Below are positions 48,833 to 60,980 of a stretch of DNA of 64,000 nucleotides, in pieces (position 1 is the stretch's first letter; each line of letters begins with the position of its first letter). The stretch comes from Podarcis filfolensis. Taxonomy: Eukaryota. The notes beneath the pieces were generated by a model. That model was not told where the DNA came from and made no database searches. It saw nothing but the letters and a program-made list of their open reading frames with translations. The stretch is from assembly GCA_964270895.1 (NCBI GenBank), contig OZ185441.1; one strand, 5' to 3'. The position numbers were made by a program, and so were the translations under genes.

Positions 48833-49420
48833 CACAGAATCATAGAGTTGGATTAGATAACCCTTGGATCCATTTCAACTCCCTGCAATGCAGGAATCTC
48901 AGCTAAAGCATCCATGGCAGATAGCCATCCAACCTCTGTTTGAAAATTTCCAAGGAAGGTTCACCTACTTTCTGAGTCTGTTTTGCTGTTGAACAGCTCT
49001 TACTGTCAGAAAGGTTTTCCTGATCTTTTTTCTTGTAACTTGAAGCCATCGGTTCGCATTCTACCCTCCAGAGCAGGAGAAAATAAGCTTGTTCCCTCTT
49101 CCATGTGACAGTCCTTGAGATAGCTGAAGATGGCTATCATATCTCCTTTAAGTCTCTTCTTTTCCAGGCTAAATATACCCAGCTCTTGCAACCGCTCCTC
49201 ATAAGGCTCGATTTCCAAACCCTTGATCATCTTGGTTGCCCTCCTTTGCACACGTTCCACCTGGCCATCCAACAGATGGCCCTCCAAGCTCTGCTTAAAA
49301 ACCTCCAAGGAAGGAGAGTCTACAACTTCCTGAGGGAGATTGTTCCACTGTTGAACAGCTCTTACTGTCAGAAAGTTTTTTCTGTATGTCTAGCTGGAAT
49401 CTCCTTTCCTACAATGTGAA
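48833..49420 (-). mobile_element. CR1 LINE 3' region, rearranged (two 3' segments joined)
   Basis: Minus frame ERVQRRATKMIKGLEIEPYEERLQELGIFSLEKKRLKGDMIAIFSYLK is CR1 ORF2; the segment encoding EVFKQSLEGHL occurs twice. Confidence 0.85.
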
Positions 49421-49628
49421 ATGCAAGGGGGGGGGGGGGTCACACATAAGGGAGCTTCAATGGAAAGAGGGTTGATTCTCTTCAGAGAATCCTTTCACTT
49501 CCCTGGAGTTGTTCTCCCCCCTCCCCCGCCTCACCACAGTTTCAGTGCCTAGTTTTACACTCCAGAAAAAAAAATTCTGGTACATGATCTAGCTTGGCCT
49601 TCCTCAACCTCATGCCCACTCCTGAAAC

Positions 49629-49920
49629 TAGGGGCAGACAAATCTGTTCATTTTGGTTTCTCCCAGTTTCTCATTTTCTCAAATATTAGGTTCAATTCTC
49701 TACATTTTTATATTAGTTTTTTCGGTAAAAAAATAAAATAAATCCTCATCAAAATTATTCACAATTCATTTCATATAAATCTCTCACACATATTTTCATT
49801 TGCAATTTTTTGCAAAGCAATTAAATATAATACATTTTTGTATCTTATTTTCACTAAAATATGCATTTTATGCACATTCCAGTATGTGCCTTTTACACTG
49901 TAACATGATTGATCAGCCAT
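49629..49920 (+). mobile_element. Old AT-rich dispersed repeat (same family as 62468-62856)
   Basis: TAGGGGCAGACAAATCTGTTCATTTTGG...CCCAGTTTCTCATTTT...TGCAAAGCAAT...TGCATTTTATGCACATT. Confidence 0.5.
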
Positions 49921-50156
49921 CAACCTCATTATTATCTCACAAGATTATTCACATGATAGTAAGCGTACCACACAATGCAGGGCCTCTCTCCCACTTTTCT
50001 TTTTAATTGACAAATGTCACCAATATGATATTTAATGAATGTGTTACCTGACAATTCACTGCTTATTTTTTTTTAAAGTAATTTACAAAATTATACACAA
50101 GAAGGGGGGGGGTAAGCCATGTTTGACAATTTGAAGCATATTGGCCATCTTTATTA

Positions 50157-50295
50157 NNNNNNNNNNNNNNNNNNNNNNNNNNNNNNNNNNNNNNNNNNNN
50201 NNNNNNNNNNNNNNNNNNNNNNNNNNNNNNNNNNNNNNNNNNNNNNNNNNNNNNNNNNNNNNNNNNNNNNNNNNNNNNNNNNNNNNNNNNNNNNN
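50157..50295. other. Assembly gap (N run)
   Basis: 139 N. Confidence 0.99.
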
Positions 50296-51437
50296 GCATA
50301 AAGAAACCCAGTTATTTACTCTAGGACACAGGTGACTGAACTTATAAAAATCACTACAGGAGAAGATGTATTGAGGCCTGGCATGGAATGACAAATTCTG
50401 GCGAGGTTCACTAAGAGGAGACATATTGATTTTTAAATGATTAATAAGGAGAATATAATTGTATTTCATTAAGATGGATGGGATTTCATTTAGTCCATCT
50501 TCCACCCTTTCCCCACTTCAGATGCAAAAGGAAATCAAGTTATCATCAGTGGAAGCTCCTGTTTGCCTTCCATGGCAACAAGGCCATTGATTGAATAAAT
50601 GAAGTTTTCCGAGAGACTAATGGAAGGGGTGTGCGTGGGGCAGATAATGTGACACAGATAATGTGAACTTTTTGTAACAGCGTTAAGAGAACCACGGGGG
50701 AAAAAACCCCATATTTTGCCATCTTCTTCTGAAACCAGATTGCCAAAATTATCCATTATTGTAATTGGCTTAAGTTGACATTAGATGTTTCGCAGTGGTG
50801 TGCGACTTTCTCCTCACTTTTAAAAATGAAAAGTAGCCTCACGCGGCTTAATGTTTAAGTAGAAGAATGATGTGGGGAGGGTGGGCCGGGGGGATGACGA
50901 CGACGACCACAAGCCTAAATCTTTTCCCTCTAGCAATTTTTTGTTTTTGTTGAAAATAACACCTGGCTACTCTTCACCCTGCAAGGGAAAAGCCAATTGC
51001 ACAAGTGGAACTTGAACAAAAAGCAGATGGAATTGGGTGTGTGGGTGTGTGGTAGTAGTCCCTTCTGCTATTTTTCTACTTAAACTTGAAACCACTCCCT
51101 CAATATTTTCACTTAATGGATTTGCTAAGCATTTGCTTAGGTGCAGCCCATAGGTGCGTTTTCTAACTAACATTACCAATCACTGGCCATGTCAATGGTT
51201 GGGGGGTGGGGGTGGGGAAACACAGAGAAGGGCCTGTGGAAGTATAAACCTTGTAAGCTTGTTTCTGCACAGACTACGATACATGCACAATGTGAACTGT
51301 ATTTTTGGCCCCCACTCAGCAGTGGTACCTTGCCACCAAGGGTCTCACATATATCTCGCATGGGTTGTTAGCGGATGCAGCCTATCCCAAAAGGGACCAG
51401 ACCAGGATGGAGTCAGTATGGAGGCCAAGACTATACT

Positions 51438-51470
<33 letters not shown>

Positions 51471-52129
51471 AATCCATCAAAATAGACACGTTAAAGTAAA
51501 TAATTAGCGAGGATGAGTTGGAGAAAAGTTGGTGAGATCATAGAATAGGTATAGGCAAACTAAGGCTGGGTAGCTTCAGGGAATACTGTGGTCTTGATGG
51601 ATTCCGTGAAGGAGATTTATGAAAGCACAGAATGCTTTCATAACAGAGATAAAGGGAGCTTCCTTTCAACAGATGTAAAATAGGTACTTCCCCAAGCTTG
51701 CCATTCAGAAAGTCCTGATGTGCATTTCTGATAACCCAACATTACTTAGTAACGCTATGCACCTATTTTGGGGCTCACTCGTACACAACTGGAACAGGGT
51801 GAGAGCTATTACTGGATCCTATGTTGCTCCAGTAATGTCTATATTATTATTTTTTATGGGAAGGAACTACATAGAGCAGACAAATAGTATGACTTCTTCT
51901 CACTTCCATGGGCAGAAACACCAGGGTAGGAAGGTGTCAAGGTTCAGATTTGCTCAAACATGGAACCCGGGGTCTCCTTGGATGTGGGCCAAGGGATGAA
52001 GGACCCCTCCAGCAGATTTCCATGCTGCCAGTGTCCCCGAGGCCCCTTTGAACCCAGACATAGGATCCCAGCTCCTTCCAGGCTTCCTCTCTTAGCTCAT
52101 GGCTTCCTCCCTCCACTCATATTGGCTAA

Positions 52130-55100
52130 CAATAGAGATTCATTCCATTACCTGCAAAGAAGCTAGTTGCATTGTCATCGTAAACTGCGACACAGACCCT
52201 ATTGCACAGAAGTCGGGCAGAGACAACAGAAGACTTTCAGCCAGACGTTTATTTACTGAACTGCTCAGACAGGAGTCTGGTGGGTTTTTCCTTGTGACCT
52301 AATTTTTTGCGGTCATTTGTTAGCCTTGTCTAACCTGCATGACTTCACTACAAACTAAATTTCCAATGACTGTTTTCTTATACTGGCATGCGGCAGCCGT
52401 TCCCAGTGTTCTTAAAAAGGGTTCCAGGGTATAGAGGAGAGGCTTCACACTGTTAGCTCACTTTGTTAAACAGAAGTTGATTTTGTACTTAGCTGTACAT
52501 GGGATGTGTGATGCAATGGAAACAAATCTCTCCGATATACTCTGCTCGATGAATAATTCCAGCTGCAAGCGAGACGCCAAGGCTGAGTGCAAGATTAATA
52601 TGCACTTCCAAGTTAGGCATCCCACTGCATTTATTGATTATGGGGAGAACACAAAAGCCTGCGCTTTCTGTTCTGAGTTTGATTGAGTCTTTTGCCTTGC
52701 TTGATTTAGATACAATTTCTCTTTTTTTAAATAATTTGTCAGTGATGAAAGGTGTGTGTTTTCCTTCCCAGTTTGGTTCATCTGCAAGGTGCTGTGAATA
52801 CTATGTGGCTGGAAGATTAAATCAGCGGACTTGTCCACCGTAACTTTAGTTACTTAAATGTAGCTGTCAATTATAACCTACAGTGACTACATAACTTTAT
52901 GACCACTGCTCCACATTAACCATATAGATGGGTTTATGAAGCATTTCTGTATCCTTCTGCTGTGCTGAAGAAGAATTCCATGAAACGGTGGGCATATCCG
53001 GAATCACTGTCCACAACGTTTGTTTGCGAACTACTTTGGCAGCGTTGGACGCCATAAACAAAGCTTTACGGCCTGTTTCCACCAGATAAGAATCTGATAC
53101 ATTGCTTCTTTCAAAGACTTTCATAGTCTTCAAAGACTTTCAGTCTGTTTATGTGATTTCATATATTTCATATTATATAAAGAGTGTGTATTGATATCGT
53201 AGCATTGTATTTGGTCATCGTGTTGCCTTGGATATTACAGCCAATTATAACCAGCAAAGCCAAATTTTAATTGGTAAGGCTGAGGGCACACTTGATTTTT
53301 TTTAATTGTGGGGTGTTATAATCAAGAAGAAGGAACTTGGGCTTTACTCTTAACAATTTTCAACTTACATTTTAGTCAGTTGTTCCCACCCGCCTAGAAA
53401 TATCAGTGCCGATACTCACCATGAAGTTGTTACAGTAAATGCTACACAACAACAGAGGTGCCGGTACTATGTCCCCTTGAGTACCTCCTGAAAACAAAAC
53501 AAAACAATACACTAGTTTCAGTAACTAAAAGCTATCGTACATTTCTTCCAGTACCTCAAATGGCACCTATACTGATTTGGTAGCATGTGCAGTTATTTAA
53601 GTCCAAACCATTAACAAGTTAATTGCTGCAAATTTGTTTATAACCCCTTTGAATCTTATTTACCAGTGCAAGACCACCAGCAGCAGATGCCAGGGGCGGT
53701 TGATATTAATGCAGTTCCCCTCTTTCTTTTTAAACTGGCCTTGGGTTGGACAGCCCCTTCCGCCCTTTGGGTGTGCATATAAGGTTATTGTGTGTTTCTG
53801 TGAGTTCCTTTATATGCATATGCATGTCAAGAAAGAGGCACACGCCCTTTGCTGAGAAATTTAGGCCACAGGCCAAAACCTGTAGAACTGTAACTTGTAA
53901 TGCGTATGCGCATTGCACAATAGTAATATTTACAAAAACTTCTGCAACATCTCCCCAAGGCAAATTTGGGACAATATCTAGCCAGAGGCACGTAAAATAG
54001 GAATAATCCCTGAGGAATAGAGACAATTCATTCCAAAACTCCAAAGCTGAGTTAGTGTGGTGGCTTCTCAGTGACGGTGAGAATTAGCTGGGTTTCTTTT
54101 TGTAACGTAGGACACTTTTCTGTTTAGCTCTGCATTAAGAAAGTTGGGTGGTGCTGAATTTCTACTTATGACTACTGTTGCTTTTGCTAATGCTGTTGTT
54201 AATAGCCATTGAGCAGAACGTAGACGAAGATATAGTTACCTCTAGAGAGCGTTTCCGAGTGCCAGTACGAGATCTTCTATGCACATGTTGCCTTGGGCTA
54301 GGTATAAAAATCACTTGATAACCAAAAACTACGCATGCAGAAGAAATCTCATGTACCAGAATTAGGCCACCACCCCCATTTCATTATGCCGCATTAGACA
54401 AACAATTGTTTTATTGCAAATCCTTTCTAATTAAACGTTAGTCGCACACTTTCCCTTGCCCTCTGTTAAAAACTGAAACCCTAAAAAAAATAAAATCCCT
54501 TGCCCCCTCCCATCCCTCCATCTTACAACATGAACGGCTTCATTAAGCATTAAGTTGGCCTTCAGAATACAGGTCTTGTGCTTTCCCCAGCATTGGGCAC
54601 TGCCACGTTTTAACCAAGGGCAAAAGCGGACCAAAACTGTGTGCGTAAGTGTAATATAGAACAACCTTTGTCCGCAAATGGCTCTTGAAGAGTGCAATGG
54701 GGAGTGAACGAAGAGAATATAACAGAAGAGAAGAAGTGGGGGCAGGGGAAAGAGAAAGGAAAACAATAGGTACAGATCTCTACCAGTTTCCTCAGGCATC
54801 CATAGCAGCTGCTTAATGATACATGTATCATTATATCCTAGAGTAGTTGGAGGGCAAAAACAGAGTTGATTACACTACAGACAATTGTTTCACAATAATT
54901 CCAGGCCATTTTTCATTAGCTGCCTCTCCTCACAGCAAAAAGCAGGGATAATTTTTTAGGGGGGAAAAAAACCTCTACCTCTCAAAGGTTGTCCAGGAGT
55001 TAAAGATTTTTAATAATTCATCATGCGAAACATTGAGAGCTAAATGCTAAATTTCCTAGCAATAACAACAAAAAGATGAATGGAAGAGAACCGAGGTTAA

Positions 55101-55430
55101 CTTGCTTTGATAGAAGCAAAGGGGTAAATAAAAGGAATTGTGGTATCGCTTTCCTGTGATTTATTGGTACGATTTTTTATTATTATTACTCTGCTCTGGT
55201 TTGAAATGTGTTGCCACTCAGTCTGTTGAGTCAAACCAGTTCATGCTGGGCAGACTGATTAAGGAACTGATTAAAAACAAAGCAGCGTTGGGCCTTAATC
55301 ACTTGTGCTATCTGGCAAGCGGCAGTTATCACCGCTAAATTTTCCTGTAAGAAAGGTCGGGAGTTTTCTTTCCCAATAGACCTGGCTCATTAATTACCCT
55401 CTTAGAACTTCAGAACAATGTTTTTTTGTT
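52130..55430. promoter_or_regulatory. Candidate conserved non-coding enhancer cluster
   Basis: About 3.3 kb with no recognisable TE, CpGs retained, and many homeodomain-type motifs (TCGTAAA, TTTATGA x2, CCATAAA, TTTACGG, TGATTTAAT, TGATTTATTG, TGATTAA x2). Conservation not tested. Confidence 0.4.
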
Positions 55431-56313
55431 GCCTGTGAGGAGGCATGGAAATGCCCCACCTTAAAAAATTCCACCATTCTTAAACAAAACTTTTTGCTTT
55501 CCCCACAAAACTTCCCCATACTTCCCCATATCTAGCTTGCTCTACCTTGGCCCTCTGCTTAACTCTGCCCCAAACCAGCCTTCCTCCACCACCTCTTCTT
55601 GGGCCCTGCCACTTGCTTACTAGATGGCTGACTGTTTTGGTTTATAAACTTTCTTTTTTGGGGAAAGAGGAGTATCACATAACTACTTGCCATGTTACAA
55701 AGCTCTCTGACGCAGCAGTTCGGCCACCCACACTTTTTCCTTCCAAGTATTTAAGGAAGTGTGGCAGATAAGAGCCAGCATCAAAGAGCCTTGCTCCTCA
55801 TCCTGCTTCCCCCCCCCCCCCAGCTGACCCCACCCTTAGGCTTACAATTCCAAAGACAAAATAAAACAATATAAGCCCAAGGGTGGGAAAAGCTCTCTAC
55901 AAGGAAACAGCACCAGCGGCAAGGGACTTCAGCATAGCCTCCCAGCTCCTGGAATGCCTGGAAAGACAAAATAAAACAAGCCATTAAACATCTTCTAAAA
56001 GTTGTTATAAGGGCAAAAGGATGTTCATGGAGGAGGAACAGATTCATTGAAGGCAAAGGATCTGGGGTGGGAAGTGATTTTGTGCTGCTGTCCGGAGTCC
56101 AAGTTCCCAGCTTGATAACACAGTAAGCGTAGGTGAGGATTTATTGCAGAAACAAACAGATAGCTTCGGACAGCTCTAATGCAGCTGCCAGCATTATCAC
56201 TCAAGATGACCCTTCTGAAGACTGCTTCCTGTGACTACAGAATATATTGAACTTTCGCACCTTACGTCTTTTGTTTTGCTTCCTGTCTAGAAGCCCTCCC
56301 GCCAACTCCTTGG

Positions 56314-56922
56314 TGTGATAGCCTGGGATTTGGACTCAGAGGCTGAACCTGAGGAATCCCAGCCTGCACAGGAGTCCCCGCCTCCAGAACCAGCTGAGCC
56401 GGGGCTGGGGCATGAGCCTGAAGGGTCCTCACCTGTGCTGGATCCTCAGGTGCAGGCACCAGCTGAGTCTGCTCTGGTTTCTGTGGTGATGGAGGACCCA
56501 TTGCCTGCAGGTGCTCCACTCTCAGCCCTGTCAGGGGAAGCTGAGGTTGCCTCTGGGTCCGGTAACCCTCCAGCCTCTCCTGAGCTGCAGAGGCTCAGGG
56601 CAGAAAGGTGGAGGGAACTAAGTTCCCGCAGGAGGAGTGCTCACCTCCAGGCCAGGAGAGGCAAGTCACCTGTGGACCGGGGCCGCCCTATGCCTTGGGG
56701 CAGATAAAAGCCAGCCAGCCCCAGCCCCAGGTTGCGGGAGCAACATTGTTGGTAGCCTGTTCCTGCCTGCACCCTGTCTTGCTCTTTTGCCAGAGTTCCT
56801 GACCTCACCCGACTCCCTGCCTTGGACCTAGCTTCAGCTTTGACGGACAGCCTCCATATCGCACCCTCGACCTCGGACTGGACTTGGACCTCGCTGCACG
56901 GTTAACCCTCTGGACCAGCACA
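56314..56922 (+). mobile_element. Solo LTR (family C, 609 bp) nested in LTR B
   Basis: Termini TGTGATAG...CCAGCACA; perfect 5-bp TSD CTTGG (56309-56313, 56923-56927); homologous to 32274-32854. Confidence 0.92.
56315..56707 (+). CDS. Putative LTR (U3)-encoded 130-codon frame, second copy
   Basis: Same frame, length and stop as 32461-32853; codon 2 is ATA here (ATG in the other copy), so there is no early ATG in this copy. Confidence 0.25.
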   Translation: MIAWDLDSEAEPEESQPAQESPPPEPAEPGLGHEPEGSSPVLDPQVQAPAESALVSVVMEDPLPAGAPLSALSGEAEVASGSGNPPASPELQRLRAERWRELSSRRRSAHLQARRGKSPVDRGRPMPWGR

Positions 56923-57774
56923 CTTGGACTGATTGGATCATCTCCAACCCCTTCCGTTTCTGATTGACTCTCCCTGTGTCTGTTCACACCTATTTGAGCT
57001 TCTGGAGAGCTTTGGCTGTGGTCCAGCCTGCTCTCAGCCACTGCCTCATCAGCTGGTCCATAAAGGTCAGGAAGAGCTGGCAGCTGCAGACTTCGGCTCT
57101 CCCCTGTCTGATTGACATCAACACTTCTCTGTTCCTGGCTGCTTTCAGCAGTTGGCTGCAAACCTTCGCTCGGAGCTGGCTCATTCCTGATAGCTGCCTG
57201 TTCATGTTCAAGCAAAAGAATGCATGAATAGAATACATGCATGTGCGTATGTGAATTGATGTGTGGCTGTGTGGGCTATCCTTGGCCCCACTCACTTTTG
57301 GTGCTGGCTCCACCCACTGCTGGCATGCAGACTCCGAACAATTTCCCCATGTCCCTCAGGGGAGAAAAGGTTCCCTGGTGCTGACCACTGTGTTGAATGA
57401 GTTGGAGAATTCAGATGTGATACTAAACTGTAGTAGACTGTTTTCTGCACAATCATGTGTGAATGAAAGCTTCCATTTCAAACTAACTGCAGTTTGTCAT
57501 TTTGTCTGAACCAGGACAAACCGTGGTTCATTTAAACAATGGTTAGTCAAAACAAGTCCGGATCAAACAATAACTTCTGATCTTGATTAGTTCAGAGAAA
57601 CTTTAGTAAAAACTAAGCACACTTCCTGAATCAGAAGAAATTAACAACTGTGGTTAATTTAAATTAGAAGTGCATGCTTTTGATCCTGTGATAACAGTTA
57701 GACCAGAGGAAGAAGGAGGAAGGCTTGAGATAAAAGCTCATGGACATGACACAAAACCATAGTTTAATGCAGAG

Positions 57775-57905
57775 GTAGCCAGTGTTGTGTCTTCCAGATG
57801 TTGATAGACTACAACTACCATAATCCCTGACCATTGGCCATGCTGACTGGAGCTGATGGGAGCTGGAGTTTGGCAACATCTGTAGGACCCCCTGTTGGTT
57901 ACTCC
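57775..57905. mobile_element. Degraded URR1-like hAT MITE
   Basis: CCAGATGTTGATAGACTACAACTACCATAATCCCTGACCATTGGCC...GATGGGAGCTGGAGT...CAACATCTG core. Confidence 0.5.
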
Positions 57906-60835
57906 TTCAAATAAGGAGTATAAGGAATGTTAGATCTGAACCAGGTCTGCATTTCATGTCCACTCTGAAAACTCTGAGGAGTCTTGTAGCAACTTAAAGA
58001 CAAAGAAGCTTATTATGACATAAGTTCTGAAAGAATTTCATCATCTGTTTCATCATCTGTTGCATCAAATGATGAAATGGGCTCTATACACAAAAGCTTA
58101 TCTTATAACAAGTATGTCAGTGTTTATGGTGCTACTAGACTTCAGGTTTTTGTGCTGAAAAACAGGCTAACACATTGTGTGTAGATACGATTATTAGACA
58201 CAGGCAACCTGTTTTCCAAGTTCTATATTTAATCAAGAAAAAAAGCTGTAATTATACCCAAGCAAAAAATGTGATTGCATTGAACTCCCTAAGGTCTGTC
58301 TCCCCCCTGCCATAACATAGTGACTTGCTAGATTGGCAACTCTACTGTGAACAAGTCACTGGCCTTTGTGGCTGAATGGTGACATCAAGAAGAAGCCTCC
58401 CACATCCAAACCCAGCACTCTAGCCACTCATGTCCCCATTAACTCATATTTGTGTGTATTGTGCTTCTATTACAGTGAATGTGAAAATGGCTTCCATCTA
58501 TTGAATGGAGCCAACTGGAAACAAGTCGCAATGTGCTTCCTTTTTCTTCTCCTACTGCCATGGCAATTGATTGTTTCTTCTCTTAGCTGATGAACGATGG
58601 CTTTGGAAATGCAGTGCGCTGCCAGATCTTGAGTCAGCAACTATGTGCCAGCGCTGCAAAATGACGATTCTTATCTGCTGTGTGTGTGTGTGTGTGTAGC
58701 CTGACATTTTCAGTAAGGCCTGGAAGGTTTTGGTTAATAGGGTTTGTCATAAGGGGAGCTACAATATAAAACTCTGAATTATGGAATGAGAACAGAATGG
58801 TGAACCCATGTCACCTTAAATGTTACCCAAGCAATTTCTGGGAAACTAATTATTCACAATAGATAACTAAACTGTAAATCTTCATTATGAGTTGGAAAAT
58901 GGAAGGCAGACATTGCCTTGGAAAGCATTTGGAAAGTCTCCTTTACTAATAGCTAATTCAAAAGGCGAATGGTAGATGTGCCAGAGGCTGGGGAAGATGA
59001 GGGTTCCCAGGATGAAAGTAGATTAATCCCTGGACTCAGACAGACACTGCGTCTTGGCAAGATGCATTTCATTATCAAACAGTTGACATCTTTGACAATC
59101 AAATGTGGAGATGGTTTGCTACTAGATTAGGAGTGGGCCATCTATACTCCAGGAAGCTCAAAGCAGCATCTTCCAGTATCTGTGTAAGACAAACCACCCT
59201 TTTTGCCCAGTTTGACTTGGGCCATTCCATACATTGTGAGCCATCAGGGCAGGACAGTGGGGCAGAAGTTCAGGGTCTCATTCAGCAGAAAAAGCATCAG
59301 TGCTAGTTTTTGAAGCAATCAAAACCCCAACCCTCTGTGCTGGAGAGAGTTTGGATGGCGCAGAGACATCCCAGCCTTCCAAACTCGGCTGCTAGAGGAG
59401 ATCTGCCATTGGTGGGGAATCTTGGCCAGTGAGAGGTGCCTCAATGACTCTACTCAAGTAGTGGGTGGAAGCTGTGGCTGGTGCTATTGCCACTGATGGT
59501 AGCCAGCAGAAAACCCCAAAGTAGGGTGCTTCAGGAGTGGGGAATAGTTGGGAGCAGAGCCAGCTAGTAACTGCTGGATCCTGAGCTGGGCCTGCTGCTG
59601 TCACACGATAGCAATGGACCCAATCCAGGCCTCTTTGCTATGCCAGCTTGGGAGCTGGTACAACAAATGGGCATTTACTTCCCTGACCTTCCCAGGGCTG
59701 TGGACGCAGTGTTGGCTTCACCAGTCCATCGAGCTCCACAGCTGCTATCCAGGAGATAGGATCATATCCTAAGTGCTGATATACGTTATGCATTTATGAA
59801 AGCATTGGGGTCGAGGTCCAACATTTGCATGGCATGCTCTTCCATAGTCCCACTAATAAATGATTCAGCATTTGTATTTGCAAGAAAGGAGTCATTATGT
59901 TCAAAGTTAATCTGTTCCAAGGAAAGGAGCCGAAATTAGTTACTGGCAAGCAATAATTCATTTTGTATTTTACCAACAATAATTAAATTGCCTGGAACTG
60001 TTGTCATTTAACAGCCTATTAATTGACTAATGTGCATCACTTGCATGTGGGCTATAGGTAAAATCCAGGGATTAAGAGAGGAATACAATTTCTAGCATAT
60101 GCCAACCATCATGGAAAACTGGGAAAAAATACCTACACTGGAGTATAATTTATGAAGGCATCACCTGTCTTGTGTCTTAGCAAAGACATTATGTATTTCC
60201 AGCAAATATATATTTTTAGAGAACAGCGAAGCAGCTACATTTTTCTATGCCTGTGATGGCAGTTAAATGGCTAATTAAGCATAGACACTTTTTCTGCTGT
60301 CAGATGAGCCAAGTATATAATTCTTCTTCCTTCAAATTTCTTGCTTGGATCCAATGCTTATATGTGTGTCCACTAGCCGTGTGGATATTTTGCTCATCTC
60401 TCAGGTGGGTTACCATCTGATTCAGGGGCGCTTCACACAACATGTTCCATATTAGTCAATGGTCATTGTTTGTATATAATGCCAACATCTTCATTTTGTA
60501 TGCTTTTCATGAAGTTACAGAGTTAACATCCTTGAGAAGCTGAGTCTTTGGATTGCTTAGCTTGCTTTAAAAATATATATCAAAAAATCAATGTCCTTTG
60601 AAATGCCACCACTTGAAGAAAATGATGGATTTCACCTCAACACAAGATAAAGAACAGTAGGCCTGATTCCTGATCTACTATGTTGCTGTAGAGTGGATTT
60701 GTAAAAATAAAATAAAAAATAAGGCTAGCAAGCTCAGAACGTGCAAAGTCCTATGTTACAACATACCTCTGCACTACCTTCCCCTCCCTACAACATGTGG
60801 TCTACACATGTATTCCAAAATTGCAGAGATTATAT

Positions 60836-60980
60836 CAGTGCCTTTTTTCTTAAAAAAAATGTTTAGGGGTACTCTCATTTTCCTACTTATATTGAAATAC
60901 TGCCCCTCAATGAAGCAAAACTTAGATTCACAAAATGTTTAGGGGCATGCGCCCCCTGCGTCCCCCCGAAAAAACCGCTG
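60836..60980. mobile_element. hAT-type MITE
   Basis: Termini CAGTGCCTTTTTT...AAAAAACCGCTG; perfect 8-bp TSD GATTATAT. Confidence 0.85.

Larger units (their letters stand above)
56086..57241 (-). mobile_element. Solo LTR (family B, about 542 bp native) interrupted by a family C solo LTR
   Basis: Minus-strand termini TGCATGTA...CGGACAGCA; perfect 5-bp TSD TGTGC (56081-56085, 57242-57246); AATAAA at 56140-56145 and TATA-like AATATATT at 56241-56248 on the minus strand. Confidence 0.85.

Noticed and set aside
52921-53140. Open frames on both strands as a possible coding exon
   Set aside because: No convincing flanking splice sites and the peptides are unrecognised; motif content fits an enhancer better.
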